Shown: in pieces, positions 27,613 to 43,085 of the stretch
How the letters are laid out: every line of letters begins with the position of its first letter
Position numbering within the stretch: the stretch's first letter is position 1
NCBI GenBank assembly: GCA_013239625.1
Contig: MU053557.1
Location: 1,867,063-1,931,062 of the forward strand
From: Lama guanicoe
Taxonomy: Eukaryota
Length of the DNA stretch: 64,000 nucleotides
Direction of reading: 5' to 3'
Notes under the pieces: model-generated
What the model was told of the DNA's origin: nothing
Database searches by the model: none
What the model saw: the letters and a program-made list of their open reading frames with translations, nothing else
Position numbers and translations under genes: made by a program

Positions 27613-28312
27613 AAGTTAAATAGAATGTAGAATAATCACAGGATCACATGCTATGCAATAGTTCAAAGGAATAATCTGGATTTTATAGCTATCAAATTGA
27701 TAAAGTTTATGAACATTCTATTAAACAAAAAAGGTAAGTACACTATGATTTACACAGAATGAAAGCATGTAAGGAAAAAAGATAAACAAAACCATACTAT
27801 ACAGGCACATATAAATATCTAAAGGTATCTCTGAAAGGTCTGGAAGAGAGGTAACACTCATTGCCTCTGGACAGGGCACAAAGGCACCAGGATTGGACAG
27901 GGTGGTCAGAAAGGAGCTGAGCTGCCATTTTTCCCCCAAAGGGAAATCTACTCATCGATTACAAGTTAAATAGAATGTAGAATAATCACAGGATCACATG
28001 CTATGCAATAGTTCAAAGGAATAATCTGGATTTTATAGCTATCAAATTGATAAAGTTTATGAACATTCTATTAAACAAAAAAGGTAAGTACACTATGATT
28101 TACACAGAATGAAAGCATGTAAGGAAAAAAGATAAACAAAACCATACTATACAGGCACATATAAATATCTAAAGGTATCTCTGAAAGGTCTGGAAGAGAG
28201 GTAACACTCATTGCCTCTGGACAGGGCACAAAGGCACCAGGATTGGACAGGGTGGTCAGAAAGGAGCTGAGCTGCCATTTTTCCCCCAAAGGGAAATCTA
28301 CTCATCGATTAC
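27613..28312. repeat. Perfect 350-bp tandem duplication (27613-27962, 27963-28312)
   Basis: Two head-to-tail copies with no mismatch seen; identical ORFs at 27721 and 28071. Confidence 0.95.
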
Positions 28313-28427
28313 TTGTGTGATTAAAAATTAATAGTATATCATTTATACAAGTGGTAAACAGGTTTCTAAGTATGGAATCACAGCTTTTACATGTATGTGC
28401 TCATCTGTGCATCCCTGCACCCAACTT

Positions 28428-28461
28428 GCACACACACACACACACACACATACACACACAC
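28428..28461. repeat. (CA)n microsatellite 14 nt from the exon 4 donor
   Basis: Read directly; reads (UG)n in the PRELID2 pre-mRNA. Confidence 0.9.
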
Positions 28462-28473
28462 GAGGCGAACTTA

Positions 28474-28710
<237 letters not shown>

Positions 28711-30271
28711 TCAGCCTTGTGTATTTAAGAGGACAGGTGACCCTGATGTATGGACAATGGCTCACCAGTGGCTGCAAGTCCTTGATAATCAAACACACTG
28801 TGACCTTACTAATGCTGGTGAGGACATGCAGATGGCCCAGGATTTACGCAGGCTGCACAGTCCTGGGCCTGATTTCCCCAACTGCTGAATGCTAAGCACA
28901 TTATCAGCCTCCTTCGCGTCTCGTCTAGGGCTGGTTATGGCCATCTTAAATTGGCAGGTTCTAATTGGGCCCACTTACCGGCTCACAGACAGGACAATAT
29001 CAGATAGAATATTTTCTTCATTTTAAACTCTGTCCAATACCTAGAAATTTATGCTTTCCTAAGCAGAAGAAACATGGAAAAACTACAAAGGCAGAATTGT
29101 ACAAGTCAGAGGTGCCCTTAAATTATTTAAGAATTGAGATACAAGACAAAGTTGAACGCCTTTTTAAATAATAGATTCAAAGCGCGGAAACAGGGCAAAG
29201 GCAGGGTACACACTGTGGAAAAAGTCAGCAATAATTTGTAGCATACACTACAATATATTTTACTATCTGGAAAACAAAAGGAAGTTCATTTTCACTGTCA
29301 CATCAGCCTTCTTTCCACTAAAGAAAGTGACAGAGTCTTAACCCAGGATCAGGAAGTGACAGAAGCAGCCGTTTTTAATGCATACAGCACAGCAGCGTAA
29401 TTTGCAAGCTGATCGGTGGGAGCCCTGCACCTGGGTTCTATATCACACACAGAATCGAATCGCTTCCCGGGTTGAACGACCATCTGAGCGTTTTTTAAAA
29501 GTTGCATTCCTTTTATTTTGGTAAATTTACACACATTTGGTTTTATCTCTTTTTTGATAGACTTCATCAGTGAAGTTATCTACAGCCTAGAGTTTTTGTT
29601 GTGGGAAGATTTGAGTCATTTGAAAATGAATGAAAATAAATGCTTCTGCCATCAAAAAAAAAAAAAGTGCTCCTCTTATTTCCTAATGATTCTAAAAGGG
29701 CTCTTGTCAATAATCCCTTGATGGTTGTAAAGCAATGTGATTAAAAACTTCCACTCACCTTTCTCCAACAATCACCCGAGTGCTTAAGGATTTAAAAGAG
29801 AGAAAACAATGTGCTATCATGAAGATTTCATCATCCATGCCATTGCTTTACAGAAACAAACAAAAAAACACTTAAATAAAGCACTGAGAACCTTAACACT
29901 CCCTGAAATAACCACTCTCTCTGACAGTGAAATGCAAACGAAAGCTTTTCTCTTCCTTACTGAAGACCAGACTAAATATTTACCATCTGCCCACTTTTGA
30001 TCATTCTTACCTAAGAGGCATAGCTAACCATGGACAGACTAGAAAAGATGGTCACTTCATGCAAAATACCCAAAGTATCTTTTAAAACAATTGTGGACCA
30101 TCTCTATGTACACTAAGCGCCCTCCGCAAAAGAGAGACGAAGCAGAAAAATACTGTTTCTGGTGCATCTGTATAAACTGAAAGTGGACAGGAGAGAGATT
30201 TCTTCCTTTGAAGGGCTCTGAGGCAGGAGAACCGGGAAAGCTCTGACGTTCCTTTATGTCGGAAAATGCTA

Positions 30272-30478
<207 letters not shown>

Positions 30479-30711
30479 TCAAAAATGTTAGTTGTTACAA
30501 CCGTCATCAATTGGAGAAAGGGACAAGAGTGCATTAGACAGGCCTTCTACTGCTGGAAAAACTGGACACTCTTTTCCATCAGTGACCATGCCTGTTAACA
30601 CACCTGTTTAAAATGTAACAGGTCACACACACACACAAAGATACACATCTTCACAAAGATTAGTATCCCTTAACGATCATCCCTGAAGTCAGGTATGTTT
30701 GGAGAACTTAC

Positions 30712-30769
30712 CTCTTTTTTCCTCCACAATTTTTACCGAGATGACATTTTTATCCATGGGGTTCGGATA
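30712..30769 (-). CDS. PRELID2: PRELID2 coding exon 2 (YPNPMDKNVISVKIVEEKR+G)
   Basis: Acceptor ttttcatttag|TAT, donor AGAG|gtaagt; 58 nt; encodes the PRELI/Ups-family YPNP motif, continuing ...LRK from exon 1. Confidence 0.96.
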
Positions 30770-30982
30770 CTAAATGAAAACACATAAAGGAAAATTACCA
30801 TTCATTGTGGCCAAAATGAACTGTTTCATAGTAACCACAATTACTTGCAGGAACAATAAAAAATTTTCAAGCAATCTGTAAGGCCAGTTTTCAGCCAAGA
30901 GTCTTAATTTTACTACTTGGGCATAAGTAAGTGCGATGCTGTCATCAACTGGACCTGTATGAAATCTAGGATAAACATTCTC

Positions 30983-31083
30983 TATTTATTTATGGGGTTC
31001 TTTTTTTGGAGGTACCAGGGATTGAACCCAGGACCTTGTGTATGTTAAGTATGCGCTCTACCAGTGAGCTATACCCGCCCCCG
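30983..31083 (-). mobile_element. tRNA-derived SINE (Vic-1-like), short
   Basis: Reverse complement of the same head (GGGATTGAACCCAGGACC...GAGCTATACCC); approximate TSD AAAC(A/C)TTCT. Confidence 0.85.
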
Positions 31084-33230
31084 GAAACCTTCTTTAGAGT
31101 CAACCTAGCTCTGGGTGGAGAAGGTGAGGTTAGTTTAAGCTGATTAATAATTAATACTATTAATACTGAACCAGCTGTGCATCAGTCAAGAGTGTTCCCT
31201 GTATGAGGCACTGTGCCAAATGGCTTTGCTCTCATGATCTTGTGTAAAGCAGCCTCACTGGGTCATGTGATGTCACTATCTCACCTTTCAGAAATGGAAA
31301 CTAAGTAAAATTGTAGAGTTTAGAGTCACCCAGCTGGTTAGCGGAAGAGCCAGGAAATTACATCAGGCATAATACAGAGCAAATTCCTCCACTAACGTTC
31401 TTTATTACTGCCTGGTGACTGGGAATAGAATTACAGACGTGGTCTACGCCAGGTGCTCAATAAATAGTTTACTTATTGATGAAATTCCCCTGAAACACAA
31501 TTTGGATGTAACAAAGCTGATAATAGCTACCATTTTTCTCCTGGGCAGTTTACATACATTATTTCAAATTAATCCTCAGACTGTTCCTTGAGATATATGC
31601 TGGCCTTTTTCTCTTTCATATGTGCCAAATAAGGTTCATATAAACAATTTGCTCAAAATCACCCAGCTAATGAGCAACAAGACTGTAATTTATCCACAGA
31701 TATTTTCTTTTGCCCCTAAAGCCTGCCCACCTAACCGGCCCTCAAACACCTCTGTGACTCAAATCCTTCCCTTTCCACCGTTCAGACGCAAAAAGAGACT
31801 CAGAGCGGAAGTAACAAAGTATCGTCCTCAAAGCGGGAGGACAAGAACCTCAGGCTCCATTCCCAAAGGCTTGCTGCTTCATCATGTGATCGAACCTGAA
31901 AAGAAGTTACAGGGAAGCCTTATCCAAAACAGCAGAAGATGCTGAGGGGGACGTGGGAGCAGCAAACAAGCTGGAGGCAGGGGACTGGGGCATCCACTTG
32001 ATGACCTTGAGCTTCAAGCCTTCCGACCCAGGAAATGGCAACACAACGCAGTGAGTAAGGGGTCTCCCCCACCCCACGGCAGCCGTGTGCACGTGCATGT
32101 GCGTGCGTGCATGTGTGTGTGTCTGAGGTTGACTGGCTGACTGATTGACTTCAGGGAAAAGGGTCCATCATCTTCACACGTGCTTATTAGAGATATCTGT
32201 GGCCCCAAAGACAGGCTCTACAAGAGCAGGAATTCTGTATCTCCACCACCTAACACAGTGCCTGGCACGTACCTGGTGAATCTTCACTGGATGAAGGAAC
32301 GATCTGGAGATAAACATCGCTGATCTCAGGGATTAACATGGAAACCAAACCTTACTTGGCTCGGGGATCAATCAGAGAAGCGAGCAGTGGGCCCCGAACT
32401 CGCCATAAACTCTACCATTCACACTTCCCTCCGGGCCACTGCAATCTCGAGAACTAATCAAAAACATGGCTTTTTAAATATTCATTCATTCTCTCATTCA
32501 AACATTTCTCCCCCCCCCCCGCCAAAAAAAAACTGCTCAAAATTACAATGACTGTCTTCTTGAAGTTTAGCTTTCAGGATTTTTTTTGAAGACAATGTCC
32601 ATTATAGTGGGTCAGGTTTAGCTATTCTGTTCCTCAGCAAGGAGCCTCACTTACACAGCACCCTTGAAGCTAGGGAGACATCTGAGACTCACAAAGAGGC
32701 CCTGAATTTGTATTGTGCCTCTGTGCGTGTGCGTGTGCGTGTGTGTAAATGAGAACTTTTATACTAAGATAAAATGAGAATATGAAAGTACCGCCTTTAC
32801 TACAGTTCTAGTTTCCTTGTTTTCTGTCCGTCAACATACCCTGACTGACTGAATATTATAAACACACTGTAAATTGTAAGAAGATTACTGAACTAAATAA
32901 TGAGAGGGTGGAAATGTAATCACCAGAGAAGGATAATGATAAAAATTTCCCAAGTTCTGATTACTTCGCTAAGTTATCAGTGAAATTCCTAAAGATTATA
33001 AACTCAGTTTATTGACACTTTGCATAACTTTAATATTTGCTTATTAAGGTGAAAGGTATTGATTTTAAAAATAGTGAAAACTACTTGTTCTTCATTTAAC
33101 AGTTTTGTGACTACCTACCTGGCCAGGCACTGTTCCAGGAACTAAGGATACAGTAATGAAACAAAACTGTAGCCTCCTAGAGTTCACATGTTAGTTGGAA
33201 AAACAAACAAATAAAAAATAAAATATAAGC

Positions 33231-33362
33231 GGGGAGGGTAATAGCTCAGTGGTAGAGCACATGCTCAGTATGCGTGAGGTCCTGGGTTCAGTCTCCAGTA
33301 CTTTCATTTAAACAAACAAACCAACCCCCTCCCAAAAGAAAATGAACAAAAAAATCTTAAAA
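33231..33362 (+). mobile_element. tRNA-derived SINE (Vic-1-like)
   Basis: GGGGAGGGTAATAGCTCAGTGGTAGAG head; TAAAATATAA on both flanks. Confidence 0.85.
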
Positions 33363-35544
33363 ATTAAAATATAAAAGGGGATGGGAAATCATGAAGGGGG
33401 CCACTGTGAAATATTTAAGGGTCACTCATTAGACAATGCTTGTAAATTACAACAGTAAAACTGAAGTTTTCTTAGCCAAACACAGGAGATCCTATACTAT
33501 TCACTCTAGTAAACCCGTTTGCAAGATTCAAGTCATTTTCTTATGCAACTACTTTTGGAATTGAATAGATGTGAGCCTCAAGTTTCCTTCCGCAGGAGAC
33601 TAGGAAAAGAAATCAGAGGTTTACTTACAGTAGCTAAACACTGTGACATGAGAAGCATACATTTTAACTGGTTTTAAATTAAAGATTTACTGTGCTGAGG
33701 CGCCCCCTGCCTGGCATTACTTGAAATGATCTGACATCATCTTAGGGTAAATTGAGCACTCCTGATCTAATTCACAAAAATTTATCTGAAGTCAGATATA
33801 AGGGTACAAGAGAAGGCAGGCTGCTAGGAGAGGGTTGCCACTTTGGGAAGGCAGGAAACAGGCAGCTGGGTTTTTTGGACACCTTTTCAAACACAGTGTG
33901 ACAATGGAAAGGATCAAGCTAGATCAGGATCAAGCCCATCAAAGACTTACTGAGCATCCACTGCCAGTGCAGGGCGCTGTGTTAGAGGCTGCCATGTGTA
34001 TTATCTCATTTCATGCTCCCCCAAATGAGTACACCCAAAAGGAGTCTCCGTGTTAAAAACATAATGGCATAAAGCCTGCACACAAGTGGGGTCCCACCGG
34101 GATTCTCCAGTCCCTGCTGCAGACCAGGGACTCTCATGGAAGCAAAGTGTTCTGATGACCCAGATGTCTGCCAAAAACCCTTGCCATCCTTGGACCCAGC
34201 TCAGTGGCATAAGAATTACTGCAGGGGGCTGTGCACATTCCCCGTGCACGCCGTACACTCTGGGTGACGCAAGGGATTTTTCAAGGTACATCTGACTTCA
34301 TTCTGAATTTACTTACAGTTCTTATGTTCTTCACAGAGCATATAAAGTAACTCCTTTCCTTTCTCCTTTCCCCAAGATATAAATCTGTAGCAAATATCAT
34401 GCATACAGTATATGTACGTTAACAGTCTAACAAGGGTAAAATGTAGACTCTCCTGCATTGTCATGGACCTTGCTTTCATATATTTTTTTACCTAGTAAAA
34501 GGCAAGAGGCCAAAACTGCAAAATAATGGGTAAAAAACACAACATACATTAAAACAAACACACAGCTATGAAGAGCGGGGGGGCCAAGAAACGGAGCCCA
34601 TTAATTACAGGAATCACATTCAATGCATTTCTTGGAGTAGATTCATGAAGATGGGGTATATTTACCTTTCTTATCTACAGGGGGAAAAATATGTAAGTTT
34701 TCATGAAGCCTACTCTTAAGACAGTAAGGAGTTATTAAAATATCAACTTTTACAAAAGCTGAGAAATCAAAGCCTGCCTTTTATAATATAATATTAAAAA
34801 AAAAAGTCAGTGACCTCCCAAGTAGCCATTGTTTACCAACTGCCAAACGACATTATCTAAGAGCACAAGGAAGCCACGGAGCTGACATCTGTATCAATCC
34901 TGCAAAGAAGGCCAAAGGGACCTAAAGTAAGTCTGGTATATCAACATATTGGTTTTACAAGCATTAAGGGAAACTTCGCTACCCAGGCTGCTGCCAAACA
35001 CGTGTATGAAAAGGGACAAAGCTTGCTGAAAAGAGATCTGGTATTTAGCTACACAAAGAAATCACCGTGGGCTGTGCCAGATTGCCTGCGTGAGCTACAG
35101 GCAATAGTCTATCTTAGAAACAAAGCAAAGTTGATTTTATACCAAGATCAAATGATTAATCAAAACGTCGACGATCAAAGACTAAACATATTGAAGTCAA
35201 CAGATATTCTGAATGGCTGTTCGTTGGCCTTTGGGTCCAGTAGGAGGATGAAGTAGAAAGAACAAAGGATAAGGAGCCAAGACAGGCAGGCCATGATGCT
35301 ACCATCCATGCAGCCAGGTCAGTGGACCACCAGATGCTCCTCTAAGGCCCATCAGCCTGGGAAGAGTTATGACTGTAAACAAAGGCCAACCATGGTCTTT
35401 CACCCTCATTCATTCCAAAATATCCCAGTAACTGACAATGGCATAATGAAGTTTTTTGAAAGGAATAGTTCACATAATTGTAAAAGAAAATCCTCTTATC
35501 TAAAACCCAATGCATTTAAAGATACAAAGTCTACAAACTAACTA

Positions 35545-35860
35545 ACCACTGATTTTTAAAAAGCACTATGGTCCAGAAAGACTAAGGAACTGTCCCACAC
35601 TGGAGGAGACTAAGACAACAACAAAAGCAATGTGGGATCCTGGAATGGATCCCAGACCAGAAAAACGGTATTAGTAAACAACGGCCAAAATCTGAATGAG
35701 GAAGGTCTGTAGATTAGTTAACATGGTATCAATGTTAAGTCCCTGGTTTTCAAAGTTATACAGCTGTTTGGGGAAGCTGGAAAAGTATACTGGAATTATT
35801 TGCCTGCTTTTGCAGCATTTTGCAACTCAAATTATTTCTAAATGAAAAGCTAAGAAATAA
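35545..35860 (+). mobile_element. L1MC-like 3' fragment
   Basis: AAGGAACTGTCCCACACTGGAGGAGACTAA...GCAATGTGGGATCCTGGAATGGATCC motif. Confidence 0.65.
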
Positions 35861-38800
35861 AAAAAACCTCATTAAAATAAAAGTGTTGAAAACAATGAGT
35901 TTTCAAGAATCCAGGTTTTTAGAATCCAAGCTACCTCTGTCTGAAGCCCACCTGTGAAAGTCTTAGGCAAAGTACTTTCATCTCTGTCTGCCTTAGTTTC
36001 TTCATCTGTAAAATTAGAAGGAAAACAAGAACAAAAACAAAACCAAAAAACTCCACCTCAAAGAGCTGTTACAGAAATCAAAGAAAATAATTTTATGTAA
36101 AGTGTAACACCTTGTTGGTTTTGCTACTAAAGAATGAATCAACATTTTTGAAAATTTAGTTTCAAGACCTCAGCCTTTATCCTGTAATTTTCTGTGGTGT
36201 GGCATTAAGTATACTATTAGTACCCATTCTGCACTCAAGATAAAGTTAAACGATTATTTAAAAATTATCAGACAGTATTTCTTCTTTTCCTGGAGCAGTA
36301 AAACCTCATAACTCAGGCTTTACCAATTCAGAATTTGGGGGAGACATGACGAAGACGCCTGACACATCCCTCTCCACTAGCATTAGGGGAAGCACCACAC
36401 AGGAGAATTAAGAGTACTAGAGAGAATATTCACCTCTTGAGGAAAAAAAAAAAGGCAACAAGACACTTTCTAAGTACTCTAAAAGCCCTTATCGATTTAT
36501 AATTAAAGCATACCTTGCCCCACACTGCATCTGTGATATGCCCCTGAGAAAGCACTTATCACAAAAATTACTGTTTCCCTCTGTCCCCCCTTGACAGTGA
36601 GCTCCTTGAGGCCAGGGCCATGTTTTATTTATCTGCTCATCTTGCAGGGGCCAAATGTTGCAGAGATCTAGCATGAATGTCTATTAGGAAGCAGATAATG
36701 AATATTTAACCATTAGTACCTTGAGAGTTAAGATCTCCTATCTTTCAGGCGCTGATTAAGCCACAGCCCCCACCGGTAACTTACTTGGTACACTTCAATA
36801 TTACTTAAATGACATCTAAAATTCGTCACAGTTCAAATGTGCACCTTTAATTCATGCTCACTCTCCCCTTTATTACTTCAAGTTAGTAAAGATTTCTACA
36901 GACTACTTCTCTCAGCCTTTTATTTTCAAGTGCATGGAATACATGTAATGAATTATTTTTGTTAGTATTACTATCTTGGTTTTTAACAAGTACTTTAAAA
37001 GCATCTACTGTGTGGCAACATTAAACTATGTATATTGCATGCAACTGTGGGCATTGTCCCACTGAATTTCCCCCAACAACTCCAGAAGATATTATTATTC
37101 TTATTTTGCAGATGAGGAAACTGAGACAGAGAATAAACAGACTTGCCCAAACTCACAGCGAGAAGCCCTCGGTCCCCCAACTGATGTCAGAGCCCGTGTT
37201 CTTCCCTTCCTCACCTCCTCCTTCCTGTTGTGCTAATCTTCTAGTCGAACTGAGGAGAGGAAGATAAAAGCGAAGAAATACTATTACAGTGTGAGCAAAA
37301 GAATAAATAACCATTATACCAAGCTAGACCTATCATTTCTCAAACCACTTATTTTGGAAATGTGGGTGCTCCCCCTCCCCCTGCAAATATATCAAGAGCT
37401 CAGCAGGGAGAGACGTGCCACATGTGGAAGTCTCAGAGGTGCAAAAGAGAAGAGACAGGATCAGAAATGGAAACATTATTAATTACCCAATCCACTTTCT
37501 ACTCTAAATGGAAATAGCCATTCATAAATCCCGTTATGAGTTTAAGGGTAAACACTGAAACCATTTTGTTCAGAACATCAGGCTCCTGGCAAGAGTAAAC
37601 GAAACCTGAAGCTACTGTGTTGAAGCAAAGAAAATTTTTAACCTGTCCATTTTATTACAGCACCCAAAGTAAGGACACGTTACAGAACCCCACAAGACTT
37701 CGTCTGAAGCCACGAAGGGCGAAATCCCAGGAGAGTGCAGTTTCACACCTTCATTTAATAAGGATTCGTTGGGTACCTTCTATGCTCCAGGATCTCCTGG
37801 GGTTCTCGGGGTACATCAAAAACAGATGATAAAAATCTTTGCCCATGAAGCTTACACTCACTATTCACAATGACTCTTTAACTTATAGCATAAGAAGAAA
37901 ATCAACCTGAATAACTCTATTGTAAGGAAAATTACACCTCCTCCGGCCTCATTTGAGACATAAACAAGAAAAGCCCAGGCCAGACAATGGCTCTCTGGGT
38001 CCTTTAATGACTTTAAACTTCAGATTGTCAAAATTTAGGATGTCTTTGAATCCAGCTCGTATGAGGCAAGCCCATTATGAACAGACCCACGTGAGCTGCC
38101 AGAGAAGAGTGAACCCATCTACGCAACAGTGTGTTCTCTTGCAGATGGTTTTAAGTACAAGGAAGGAAACAGCTGTGTAAGTGATGAGAGTGAGAAAGCT
38201 AAGAGTCATACAAAGAAAGAAACCAAAATACACTGTCAAGAGCACTGACACAACAGTTCACGGAAAGCACAGTTTAGCATCTGATGAATAAACCATTTCG
38301 GGTTTCACAGCATTCCTCCATGAAGGGTTCATTGAGAGAAACTGTATTCCATGAACAAAGACTATTGTGGTATTTGTTTTCAAGGTGCCACTTAGCTTTG
38401 AAAACATGCAGCTAATAGTCTGCCTGTGGTATCCAACAGGCAGGTGTAAAAAGAGCAAACATTTCTCAGGTTTTAAAAGCAGTAGTATATTATAACTCAG
38501 AACGCAATTCCTCCCATACCAAAAGCCATAGATCAGTAGACTCTGTTTAAAACAGAACTTCCTCATTGCTGCAGCAGCCTCAAACATACCACTGTGCAAA
38601 ATCAGATTAAATGCTTCCCAGGTATCCTCATATGATTGTCCCTTCTGCCAAGTGCTTTCCCTTGAATAAAAAAAAAATACATAAAGACTAAAAGATAAGT
38701 GAAAGTGTCTTTTGCCAAAAGGATCATTCTTACTACCTCATGCTTTAAAAAAAACCTATGCTTGTCAAACTGTTACACATTTGATCCTCACAACAATCCT

Positions 38801-41096
38801 GGGAGTCGGGTGGGGTACAAGGCCTTTCATTTCTCAAATGAGAAATTAAGACAGTAGGGTTGTCTTATACAGTTGTGCATGTGGCTCACTGCACAAGGTC
38901 TTCCAGTCAAGCAGGCTAGTGGGCACAAGGCTACAGCCACTTAGGGGAAGGAGAACCTTTTTCTAACATGATGAATAGTCCCCTATACTTCCTCCTAGTT
39001 TCATTTACTGTGAGCTTATGGGGCAGACAGCCTAAACGATGCCCCTTTCTAATTTGCACTAGGGCATAGTATATACACTGTTGAAAACAGTCTCCCCAAA
39101 GCCACCCCAAAACTGCTTTTAATGAAGTACAATGACTGGAATCCAGGTCTACTGACTTCCAGTTCATGGCTTTAAACAATGTAAGCTGTAAAGTCTCACA
39201 GCAAATGGATTTAATGGTATCTTAGAGACAGTCATACAGCTCCACCCAGGATCTCTCAAAGACTGCTTTGCGAATAGAAAGAATGCATGTGGAGAGTCCC
39301 AGGAGATAACACTGTCCCATTCTAGATCTTTTCTGCATGTATTCTCCTCTCTAAACCTAGCCATACCTTCCAAAACGTCATCAGTCTTTATTTATTATGT
39401 CCCAAGCACTTTGCTAATTATAAGAATTCTTCTGGACCCTAATTGAAGGCAGCTAGAGAAACGACCTCAGCTATAACACATGGCACTCAAAAAACACCCA
39501 GTTGAGCCCCGTCAGCCAGCAGAGTCATGAGAATTAAAAGCCTTTCATCAATTTAAGCCACTCAATCACATGGGTGATTTGTGACACAGCCATAGATAAC
39601 TGAAACATTGTGTTTTCTCACTGTGCTGTGCTTCAAAGCTACACCCTTATGTCAGACACAGTGGGTTCACCAAGATGAATAAACCCTGAGAGAAGACTAC
39701 GGACAAAAGGAAACTGAGAACGGGTAAAGGGCATGGCAAAGCTGAGCCTGCAACATTCTAGTCTCTCAATAATCATCTGAGTACCTTTTGCGTGCAAAGC
39801 AGCTCAGCCTGGTGATTAGGGGTGTGGGCTTGGATTCAGGTGTGTTGAAATCCTGGCTCTCCCACTTCCTAGCTGTCAGAACTTGGAAAAGTTGCTCAAA
39901 CTTCTCTGAACCTCAGTTTCTCCAGACCATGGACTGGAAGTCAATCATAACTACTTCCTGAAGCTGCTGTGAGGAGTAAACATGACAGTCTGTGAAAACA
40001 CTTCCTCCCCCTGCCCCTCCTGCCTAGGTAACTCTTACTCATGCTTCTACCATCATTTCGCAAATGCCACTTTCTTGAGGAAGCCTTTCTTCATGGCTGT
40101 CCTTGGGGACCTCAGCTGGTCTCCCCCCATCCTCAGTCACAGCACCGTGAACTTGTCCTGCGTCAATTCACATCATCAACTTGAGGTGTGGGCTCGCTTG
40201 CTGATCATTTATTAATGTTGGTCTCACCCACTAGAGACCACCAGCTCCATGAGAAGAGGGTCTGTCTTTGATGCCCTAGCACCCAGCACAGAGCCCGGCA
40301 CACAGCAGAAAAGTGTCTCTAAACACCTGCTGAGTGAAAGAAAAGCATTTAGCCCGGAAGCCTGACACATGCCAAGTACTCTGTAAATGAGAGCTTGGCA
40401 CTGTGCCCCGTGCTTCTGCAGGAGTGAGCCCCAAAGTTTAGTCTGATGAGGGAAAAGAAACATGCAGAAGTAACTATCCACTGCATAACTGGAGAAGATG
40501 GTCACCCAGGCCCAGAGAAAGAGCCCCTCAGCTCTGACAAGGCAGAGATCATCTTTTGATGAGGACAATTCAGAAAGGCTTTCCAAAGGAGCAGTGGCAC
40601 TGGGGACTCCACACTTCAAAGTGCCAGTCCTAACAAAAATGGGGTGTGGGGTGTTTCTCTTTCAGGCCAGAAGCCTGGCCTAAGGCAAAGTCTACATCAG
40701 ATCTGTAATTCGTGCTTTCTTTCACTTATTCATTCATCGTTCATCAGATTTGTCTTGAGAACCTAATAAGTGCCAGGTACTATTCTAGATACTAGAGATG
40801 AATGAACAATACCAACAAGCCGATGTCCCCCCTGCCCACCCAAAAGGCTTCCATGGCAACGCCATGTTAACCAGCACCCTACTCACTCCTCTGTGACCTG
40901 GGCTCCCAACCGCATCACTTCCTCTAATAGAGGAAAGGTCTTATCACTTAAAAAATGCATCTCCCTCAGTTTAGCTTCCAGGTTGCACTTGGAGAGCAGT
41001 GCCAGTGGCAGATGCCCAAGGCAAATTACAATTCTTGCACATCTTGCTTAAGAATGTGAAAGCTGAAAGAAGATCTTCAGATACAACACTGTTATC

Positions 41097-41546
41097 TGTG
41101 GACCAAGAATGCCACATGCCATTTCAAGTAAACAAAGTATATTGTGGCCATTAAGTCATCATCCTCTACAGCCACTCCCAATGGTGAACCCTGAGGGAAT
41201 TCAGGATGGAGAGAAACTGGACACTGGCCCTAGATAGCGAAGGTGCACATCAAAGGAATGATTTCAGTGAGCCCAGACTCTTGCATCTTCCCAGACACAG
41301 AAAAGCATTAAATTCATTTAACTTGAGATGTCTGGTTTTCTTTAATTAGCAGTAATCTTTCAATATCTAACTACCTGATTTTTTTTTTTTGGCTGAACTC
41401 CTACATACCCTGGCTCCTTCCCTGCCTCCTCGGAGCAGTCTCTCAGAGCTACCTGAGAGGCAGTAACCCGGGCTTAAGTCCTCGGCAAGTCCGCTAAATA
41501 AAATATAATTCTCAACTTTTAGGTGGTGCACTTTTTTACGTCAACA
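41097..41546 (+). mobile_element. Solo LTR (ERV1-like) in PRELID2 intron 1
   Basis: Termini TGTGGAC...GTCAACA, near-TSD TATC/CATC, AATAAA near 41497. Confidence 0.8.
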
Positions 41547-41989
41547 CATCTTAGATGCAGAAAGTGGATCCCAGAGATGACGCTTGGCCAAGGTCATCAA
41601 GTGAACTAACTAAAGGCAGATACCAGAATAGAATCCGGGGGTCCCACCTTCCAGACCTGGGTGTTTCTGATTTTTCAAAGAAATTTCCCATTCTACCATC
41701 ACCCAGGGCTTCTGGGAGCCCTGGGACCACTGAAAACTGAGCAGAGGGTTCAGAGTTATAGCAGCAGAAAAGACGCTAACAGTTTTCTGAAGAACTTACT
41801 AATTAAGCATCAGTCACTGCAATAAGCACTTGACAGAAATTATTTCACTTGAATCCTCACAACCACCCCTGGAGTTGGTACTAGCATTTCCCCCATTTTA
41901 CAGGTTACAAAACTAAGGCACCGAGAGGCTAAGCAATCTGCCCAAACACCCACAAATGTTTGATAAAAAAGAAAGCAGTGAGGTGGCAG

Positions 41990-43085
<1,096 letters not shown>

